From NCBI GenBank assembly GCA_041690135.1, contig JAWLHY010000011.1:32001-96000 (forward strand): DNA of 64,000 nt, given 5' to 3'. Each line of letters opens with the position of its first letter. The stretch's first letter is position 1. Source of the stretch: Armatimonadota bacterium. GTDB taxonomy: Bacteria > Armatimonadota > SYMT01. This document shows, piece after piece, positions 57,760-64,000 of this stretch. The position numbers were made by a program, and so were the translations under genes. The notes under the pieces are model-generated. The model saw nothing but the letters and a program-made list of their open reading frames with translations. It made no database searches and was not told the DNA's origin.

Positions 57760-59181
57760 CTATTCCGGCTCGGCGCTCCCCTCCAACACCGTCCCCTTTG
57801 TTTCCGGGAACCGCTCGTACCACAGCGCCAGGGCATCCCGCAGGTGCCGCGCGTAGCGGTAATGTGCCCCCACCCCCGTCCGCAGCTCCGCCTCGTAGAG
57901 GAACTTGTCGGCCGTCGTCACGTGCTCGAACGGGAACTGCGTGCCCAGCAGGGTCCAGTACACGCAGCTCGGGTCGCCTGCCGCCAGCAATTCGTGCGCG
58001 CGTCGAGAGGCCGTCCGCCCTACCTCACTCAACGCCCGGAGCCGCTGCTGCCGCTCGCCACCGGCTGTTCCCGCCGGTAGCTCGTCCATCGCCGCGTAGA
58101 ACCCCTGGGGCACCTGGGGGCAATACTTCGTGCCGGTGCGGTGGCGGTTGAGATCCCGGATCTCCGCCATGGCCACCGCCTCCCACCCGAACCGGACGGC
58201 CGTGCGCCGCAGGTCCGGGCCGATCCAGGCGTAGCGGTTGTCGTGAAGCTCCAGGTCTCGCGCGAACGCCGCGCCTCCGGCCCCCGCGGGCGCCATCACC
58301 TCCAGGAAAGGGGTGGCCGCCGCGTCCGTGGGTTCGTTCCCGCCGCTCAGGGCGGCCGGAAGGCTGTCCTGCGCCACTCGTCGCCAGGTTTCCCACTCTG
58401 CTCGCTGCCCTTCCACAAAAGAGGGCTTTGCTTCCGCATGCTTCAGCAGCCGCGGCGTGGCGAAGCGCAGCTCTTCCCGGATCGCCTCGCCCAGGCCTCG
58501 CGCCTCCGCCAGGGGGTGGGAGAGAAGCTGCTGGCAAAGCTGCACCCATCCGCGGGCGGACATCAGCAGCATCACGTTCGTCTTCACGGCGGCGGGCAGG
58601 AAGTACCGGGCGCGGTCGAACGCATAGTTGCGCTTCATTCGCGCGACCTTCTTCTGCGCTGAATCGGAGCTGTCCTGGAGCAGCGAGGCCGGAATGCGGG
58701 TGACGGAAGGATCAGCCGTCCCCATCGCCTCCCAGAACTCCAGCGCTTCCTCGTAGGCGGCGAACGCCAAGCCCATCCTCTCGCTCCACTCCTCGGCTAG
58801 CTCCGCCGGGATCCCCAGATCGGCGGCGGAGGGCAGCGCCTCGGGAGAGAGCCGGATGTACCGGGTGGAAGACTCCTGGCCTCCCGCGGTGGAACAGGCC
58901 GACCACACGAAATAGGCCAGCCAGTTGGAGATGCCGTCCATGAACATCGCCACAGGGGCCATGTCGGCGATCGACTGGTGGCCGTAGTCGATCATGCGGA
59001 AGATCGACTCCACCGAGCGGTCGAGGTTCGCCGGGTCGATGCGGCTAAGGATCGCCTCCAGCCCTTCGTTATTGCGGGAGTAGCGGGCGCCGCTGGCCGC
59101 CAGCAGCTCCGGGGTGAGCGCCGGCCGATCCGCGGCGAGAGCGGCTTCAGTGGGACGGACGGAGACGAGGGTGACGTTCAT
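57760..59181 (-). CDS. thyX: FAD-dependent thymidylate synthase, long (tandem-domain) type
   Basis: ARYSR, DYGHQSIAD, QESSTRY, FDRARYFLP, RDLNRHR motifs. Confidence 0.8.
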   Translation of the reverse strand: MNVTLVSVRPTEAALAADRPALTPELLAASGARYSRNNEGLEAILSRIDPANLDRSVESIFRMIDYGHQSIADMAPVAMFMDGISNWLAYFVWSACSTAGGQESSTRYIRLSPEALPSAADLGIPAELAEEWSERMGLAFAAYEEALEFWEAMGTADPSVTRIPASLLQDSSDSAQKKVARMKRNYAFDRARYFLPAAVKTNVMLLMSARGWVQLCQQLLSHPLAEARGLGEAIREELRFATPRLLKHAEAKPSFVEGQRAEWETWRRVAQDSLPAALSGGNEPTDAAATPFLEVMAPAGAGGAAFARDLELHDNRYAWIGPDLRRTAVRFGWEAVAMAEIRDLNRHRTGTKYCPQVPQGFYAAMDELPAGTAGGERQQRLRALSEVGRTASRRAHELLAAGDPSCVYWTLLGTQFPFEHVTTADKFLYEAELRTGVGAHYRYARHLRDALALWYERFPETKGTVLEGSAEPE

Positions 59182-59347
59182 GAGGCGTTGGGCGTTCAGG
59201 CGTTAGGCATTGGGAGCGCGGACGTCCCGTCCGCAGGTGTTGGGGCTCCCGTGTGGGGGTAAACGTTCGGGTGTTCGGTCCCCGGTAGGAGGGGCAACTC
59301 ACGATGCTAATCCGGCCAAACGGGACTTTCTCTGCACACGCACCGAT

Positions 59348-59397
59348 GTAGGGCGGATTGCTCCGTCACCGCCTGGTTCTGTGCTTGTACCCGTCAT
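59348..59397 (+). repeat. GTAG REP-like element family A
   Basis: GTAGGGCGGATTGCTCCGTCACCGCCTGG. Confidence 0.8.
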
Positions 59398-59651
59398 GCC
59401 TTGTGGAGGTCCGCTCGCTCCGACTGATGGGAAGCGTCGAGGCATATGCTGCATCAGACCGTTCGGCTCTCCGGTTCCTGGGTCCAAGCAAGTATATCGA
59501 TACCCGCCGAGGGAGGGCAGCCCGCGAGCGTCCGGCCGGGACAAAGAAAAATCCCCGGACCGTCAGTTCTCGAGACGGCCCGGGGCAGAGGTTTCTGAAA
59601 TACTCGCGATGGGGTTTACCCGCCGGGAAAGGAAGGCTAAACCTGTGATTC

Positions 59652-60314
59652 TTAGCCTTCGGGAGTCATTCCCAGCACGATGTCGAACCGGGCGGCCAGC
59701 TCGCCAATGCGGGACTCCTTCATCGGCTCGAAAGCGACGGTTACCGCCTCGCGGGCGCGGGGGTCGCGGAGGTTCCGGTAGATGCCGTCCCGTTGGTTGA
59801 GGGCCTCGCCCTTCACGTAGCACTGCGTGGTCAACAGCTCCCGCTCGCCCTTGCGGACCTTCACATGGATGTGCGGCGTGCGGCCAGGGTAGGGGACCGG
59901 CTTGATGGTCCGGAAGCGATACTCGCCGGTGGAGCCGGTTTCGAAGCGGCCGTAGCCCTGGAAATGGCGGTCCCGTTTCCCCAGGTTGGGGTCCCGGCTG
60001 TGGAGGTAGGCGCCGTTGTTGTCCACCTGCCAGATCTCCACGACGGCGCCGCGCACGGGCTGCCCCTTCGCATCCAGCACGCGTCCGGTGAGGTGCGTCA
60101 CCTGCCCCACCGCTGGGGTGATGGAATCCTTGACGACCAGCAGGTCGTTGTCCTGGTCCAGGGGGAGGCGGTCCGGGTAGAACGGTCCCTCCGTTTGCGG
60201 CGGGGTGCGGACGAGTTCCTCGGCGAAGAGCCCGCGGGTGGTGAAGGCCGCGGCCCCCAGGGTGAAGGTGGTTAAGAACAGCCGCCGGTCGGGGCGGTAA
60301 ATCTTCTGGCTCAT
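59652..60314 (-). CDS. Intradiol ring-cleavage dioxygenase family protein (Tat signal)
   Basis: TEGPFYP, VEIWQVDNNGAY, FRTIKPVPYPGRTPHIH; DRRLFL. Confidence 0.92.
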   Translation of the reverse strand: MSQKIYRPDRRLFLTTFTLGAAAFTTRGLFAEELVRTPPQTEGPFYPDRLPLDQDNDLLVVKDSITPAVGQVTHLTGRVLDAKGQPVRGAVVEIWQVDNNGAYLHSRDPNLGKRDRHFQGYGRFETGSTGEYRFRTIKPVPYPGRTPHIHVKVRKGERELLTTQCYVKGEALNQRDGIYRNLRDPRAREAVTVAFEPMKESRIGELAARFDIVLGMTPEG

Positions 60315-60435
60315 CGGCGCATTTCCGGGTTGGGGGAGCAGGAGTGCCTCCCACTCTCTTGGACGCCCGAAACGGCCGCCGGTTCGCGTTCCGCCTCGCG
60401 TTCCCGGCGGCGCGCTTCGGCCAGATGTTTGCCCT

Positions 60436-60888
60436 TCATCGCCGGGCGTCTCCTCGCGTGTCGTCGTTGCCGGTCCGGCCCTTCCAGGCACGGAGCGCCA
60501 GTATGGACAGGCTACCGGCCGCCAGGAGCCAGGTTGCCGTGGAAAGAGGTCCTCGGATCGGGCGGAACCGGGTTCTCCCCCGGGCGATTTCGATGTAGCC
60601 GACCGGGTGGACCATCAACCCTCCCCCGCCGCCGCTTCCGGCCTGGCTCTCCTGGGGCCCGCTCCCGGAGCCGCCCCCAACACCCCATTTCGCCCGGGCG
60701 ACCGGGATGACGGTGACCTCGCCCCGCTCCACCGGTTCTCCGAACACGGTCGCTGCATTGGCATGCCGGCCCAGGCATTCCGCCAGGGGCTGCAGGAATC
60801 CCGGTTCCGGGCGGAGCTCCGCAGGATGCGAAGTAGACGTGCGTGCAGGAATCGGGTCTTGCGCTGGAACGGATGTTGTCGCGGACAT
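60436..60888 (-). CDS. GerW/YtfJ family protein
   Basis: TVFGEPVERGEVTVIPVA...GGGSG...GGGGGG..PVGYIEI. Confidence 0.85.
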   Translation of the reverse strand: MSATTSVPAQDPIPARTSTSHPAELRPEPGFLQPLAECLGRHANAATVFGEPVERGEVTVIPVARAKWGVGGGSGSGPQESQAGSGGGGGLMVHPVGYIEIARGRTRFRPIRGPLSTATWLLAAGSLSILALRAWKGRTGNDDTRGDARR

Positions 60889-61168
60889 GGTCGTCTCCCG
60901 AGGGTCGGTACACGGAAAGCCAGGGGAATCGGGCGGTCTGGATGGCTTTGCCCGGTTCTCTCTCAGCATGCCCGGACCCGGCGCCCGGCAACCGTAAGAT
61001 GCAGGCGAAAAACCGTGGGAACCGGTCTTCGTACGGGCGGGTCTCTTCGTTAGCCGGGGGATGGAAGATCCTGGATCGACCAACCGGCGCCATTCACACG
61101 CAGCCGGACCCCCAGGCGGGCGACGGCTGCTCGATCCGGCAGAGCCGGAGTTCACCGGGAGGGACACG

Positions 61169-61675
61169 ATGAGAGCCGCAAGCACAAAGGGTTGGGGACT
61201 CCTGCTCTGGGGAGCGTGCCTGCTTTTCGGGTTTCTCCAGCCGGCCTCCGCCCAATACTGTGACGACTTGCCGGTGCTGATTGCCGGACTGCGCAGCCCG
61301 TTCTCCAGCGATGTCACGAAGGCGGCTCGCGAGATCACGCTTCTGGGCCGGGAAGCGTGGGCCGCCGTTCCCGCCCTCACGGAAGCGTTGGAGAAGGCGC
61401 GGTTCAGCGACGAGCGGGAAGCAGTGATCCGCGCGCTCGGCAGCATCGGACCGGCCGCGCGCCCGGCCGTGCCGGCGCTCAGCCGCCAACTCAAGAAGGC
61501 TCCTTTCTCTTCCGACCGCCTGGCAATCATCGACACCCTCGGCCGGATGGGGCGCTGGGCACGCCCAGCACTCCCGGACCTCTCCACGCATGCCCGCTCG
61601 GGACCGTTCATGGACGAGCGGGAAGCAGCTCGGATCGCTATCGCCCGGATCGAGATAGATCGCCCGTATCGCTGA
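61169..61675 (+). CDS. Secreted HEAT-repeat protein
   Basis: Signal peptide; repeats of ALGSIGPAARPAVPAL. Confidence 0.8.
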   Translation: MRAASTKGWGLLLWGACLLFGFLQPASAQYCDDLPVLIAGLRSPFSSDVTKAAREITLLGREAWAAVPALTEALEKARFSDEREAVIRALGSIGPAARPAVPALSRQLKKAPFSSDRLAIIDTLGRMGRWARPALPDLSTHARSGPFMDEREAARIAIARIEIDRPYR

Positions 61676-61691
61676 AGCCCGCTGGGACTAC

Positions 61692-62702
61692 GTGAAGGTA
61701 GAGGGTAGATCCCGGCGACTTGTGAGCTCCGGAAGGTCCCGGTATCATGGGAGAGGCCGCCGTCCCCGCCTCCCGCCGGCCGGAAGGAGCTCCCTCATTC
61801 TGGAAAGCGTCGGAAGACCGCGAGAACTGGCCGAGCGGCTCGCCCCCGTGGGGGTCGGGCTGTCGGTCCTCTTCCTGGCGGTGCTGGCCGCCCTGTTGCA
61901 ACGGATCTCTACCCTCTCCCCGGAGGACCCGGGCGTGGGTCTGGGCCTGCGCGAGGTGAGCCTCCTTGGCGGAGTGCTCGCGTGCCTCTGGCCGCTTTCC
62001 CTGGTGGAGTGGCTCGTCCAGTGGCGAACCCCCGCGGCCAGATCCGTGGAGAGAAAACCCCGCTGGACCGCCCTACTCCCCGGCCTGTTTCCACCCCTGC
62101 GGTTGGCGGCGCGCGTGCCCGCGGTCGAGGACCGCGTCTGGCTGCCATTCCTGGGCTGGCAAGAAGTCAACGGCGAGCTGCGGGACCGCCTGGAGCGGCT
62201 GCTGAGCGTGCCGATGATCGCCATCGCGCTCCTGATCCTCCCGGTGCTGGGCGTGGAGTACGTGTGGGGTCACCTGGTCCAGCAGAACGCCGCACTGGCT
62301 CTGGCGCTCGACCTCTGTACCGGCGTGATCTGGTTCGCGTTCACGGTCGAGTTCATCATGATGTGCTCGTTCGCCGAGAACCGTCTCGCCTACTGCCGCC
62401 AGCACTGGCTGGACCTGGCCATCATCCTGCTCCCCCTCATCTCCCTGCTCCGGTTCGCGCGCGTCGCGCGGGTCACCCAGGTGGTGCGGGTGAAGCAGCT
62501 TTCGACCGTGAGTCGGGTCTACCGTCTCCGGGGCCTCAGCCTGCGCGCCTACCGGGCGCTGATCCTCCTGGACCTGCTCGACCGGATCCTCCACCCCACG
62601 CCCGAGAAGCGGCTCGCTCACCTCCGTGCCGCCCTGGCCGTGAAGGAAGCCGAAGCCGCGGATCTCCGCCGCAAGATCGCGGAGTTGGAGGGCTCCGGGT
62701 GA
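61692..62702 (+). CDS. Ion-transport (voltage-sensor-like) membrane protein lacking a pore domain
   Basis: IWFAFTVEF, WLDLAIILLP, Arg-rich S4-like LRFARVARV...RVYRLR, C-terminal coiled coil; start uncertain. Confidence 0.7.
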   Translation: MKVEGRSRRLVSSGRSRYHGRGRRPRLPPAGRSSLILESVGRPRELAERLAPVGVGLSVLFLAVLAALLQRISTLSPEDPGVGLGLREVSLLGGVLACLWPLSLVEWLVQWRTPAARSVERKPRWTALLPGLFPPLRLAARVPAVEDRVWLPFLGWQEVNGELRDRLERLLSVPMIAIALLILPVLGVEYVWGHLVQQNAALALALDLCTGVIWFAFTVEFIMMCSFAENRLAYCRQHWLDLAIILLPLISLLRFARVARVTQVVRVKQLSTVSRVYRLRGLSLRAYRALILLDLLDRILHPTPEKRLAHLRAALAVKEAEAADLRRKIAELEGSG

Positions 62703-62992
62703 GGGGCGATCCGCGAATTGTGCGAATGATGCGAATGGGTAGGAGCGCGGGCGTCCCGCCCGCCAGACGTTGCCACTAAGGGGCTGGGGAGTTACTGACC
62801 AGTTTTGCACCCTTGGCACGAACCCGTTACTCCATGCAGGTCAGCGAGCCTTGCCGGAGTGACGGCGCCGGGTGCCACGAAGTGGGTGGCGGAGGTGAGG
62901 TTACTTTGGTCACCGCATCCGCCAAGTCAACGCCTATGGGGGAAGTGGTCGGATTGCGACTACGATCCAGCCTGGCGAGCGAGCGTGTAGGA

Positions 62993-63985
62993 TTACGATG
63001 AGGTGGCGGAGAGACCGAGCTGCTCCAGCAATCGGGCCGGGGATTTCGCCTCCGGGGTGAGCGGCAGGGCGGCACGGACGGCCTCCCGCACGCGTTCCTC
63101 ATTCTCGGGCGACTTGCCGGCGTGATGGAGCAGCGCCCCCGCTGCGTTCTTCATCAGGTCGCCGACGTCTTCCGGCTCCTTCAGCAGGCCCACCAGCGCC
63201 TCGACTGCCTCCCCGATGTCGTGCTTCTTCCGCGAGAGGTGCCAGAGCGCCCACGCCGCGGACTCACGCACCTGGCGCTCGGGGTGCTCCAGGTTGTCCC
63301 GGAGCAGCGGGATTGCGGTGGGTAGGGAGTACTTCTGCTTGCCCAGGTGCCCCACCGCGTAGGCCGCCTGCCGCCGGACGTTGGGGTCCGGGTCCCGCAG
63401 CAGCCCGTGCAGCGGCTCGACCGCCCGGCTCACGTCGGTCTTGTGGCCGGCCTGGTTCATGAAGACGAAGCTCGCCTCCGTCCGCACTTCCGGAGCGGGG
63501 TGCCCGGCCCCCTCCAGCGCCAGGTCGACGATGCAGGCCGCCACTTCCGCCTGCCCGCCCGGCGTGTCCCACAGGGCGTTGAGCACGTACCGCTTCACCT
63601 CCGGGTCATCCGTGTCGAACAGCCGCCGCAGCCCCTCCACGTCTCCCGTCTCCCGGTAGCGGTGAGCCAGCAGGAACGCGACCCCGCCCCGCTTCTTCCC
63701 TTCCAGGCGGGGCCACTCCTCTTCCAGAAATTGGACGATCCGTCCATCGTCGCGCGGCATCAGGGTCTGGAACGGCTGCAGCCCCTCCAGGTAATTCAGC
63801 CGGGGCTGGTAAACCACCAGCGAGAGGAGACGCTCCAGTTCGGGATGGTCGGGAAGTGGTTTCAGCATCGTGTATCCCATACGCCAGGTAGCGGAAGCCG
63901 GTGTACCTGGATGATTGTTGAAGTCCAGAAGGCGCAGGTCCTCCATCTCCACGGGGTTGCGGGACGGGCCCACGCAGAGACGCAA
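62993..63985 (-). CDS. HEAT-repeat protein (frame open to window edge)
   Basis: Repeats LLRDPDPNVRRQAAYAVG and LEHPERQVRESAAWALW. Confidence 0.8.
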   Translation of the reverse strand: MRLCVGPSRNPVEMEDLRLLDFNNHPGTPASATWRMGYTMLKPLPDHPELERLLSLVVYQPRLNYLEGLQPFQTLMPRDDGRIVQFLEEEWPRLEGKKRGGVAFLLAHRYRETGDVEGLRRLFDTDDPEVKRYVLNALWDTPGGQAEVAACIVDLALEGAGHPAPEVRTEASFVFMNQAGHKTDVSRAVEPLHGLLRDPDPNVRRQAAYAVGHLGKQKYSLPTAIPLLRDNLEHPERQVRESAAWALWHLSRKKHDIGEAVEALVGLLKEPEDVGDLMKNAAGALLHHAGKSPENEERVREAVRAALPLTPEAKSPARLLEQLGLSATSS

Positions 63986-64000
63986 AGACGCCAGAAGAGA

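Noticed and set aside
60436-60888. GerW/YtfJ as evidence of sporulation
   Set aside because: The family is widespread in non-sporulating bacteria and no other sporulation genes are present
1-64000. tRNA (including tRNA-Sec), rRNA, transposase, integrase or prophage genes
   Set aside because: None recognised by eye; the Sec machinery needed for the main finding must lie outside this window

Overview
High-GC (roughly two-thirds G+C by eye) bacterial chromosomal segment. Four prepilin-type '[17 protein letters not shown](A/S)ILFPVFA.AR..AR' proteins with a C-terminal H-X9-DG motif point to Armatimonadota; the window also carries planctomycete-type DUF1501, DUF1549/DUF1553 and TIGR03067 genes. 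About 55 mostly accessory genes are present: MFS transporters, sulfatase, HAD phosphatases, a stand-alone FabF, ThyX-like synthase, TetR/ArsR/LacI regulators with visible operators, and a TerC/Alx gene under a yybP-ykoY Mn riboswitch. No rRNA, tRNA, transposase or CRISPR-Cas was seen. The best hidden signal is that two adjacent 'ORFs' (43819-44430 and 44431-44778) form one gene split by an in-frame TGA in a C-K-F-U motif followed by a SECIS-like hairpin. This predicts an exported selenoprotein fusing a Cys-less thioredoxin-like domain to an AhpD/CMD-type peroxidase, lying between an H-X9-DG pilin-like gene and a TauE/SafE transporter. A second secreted-protein gene (53477-52944) also has an in-frame TGA just after its signal peptide. 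Other observations are dispersed GTAG REP-like families, a palindromic repeat array between the DUF1553 and DUF1501 genes, two toxin-antitoxin-like loci with broken toxins, orphan immunity-like genes, and a Pho-box-like repeat. Product calls rest on motif recognition only; no database searches were run.
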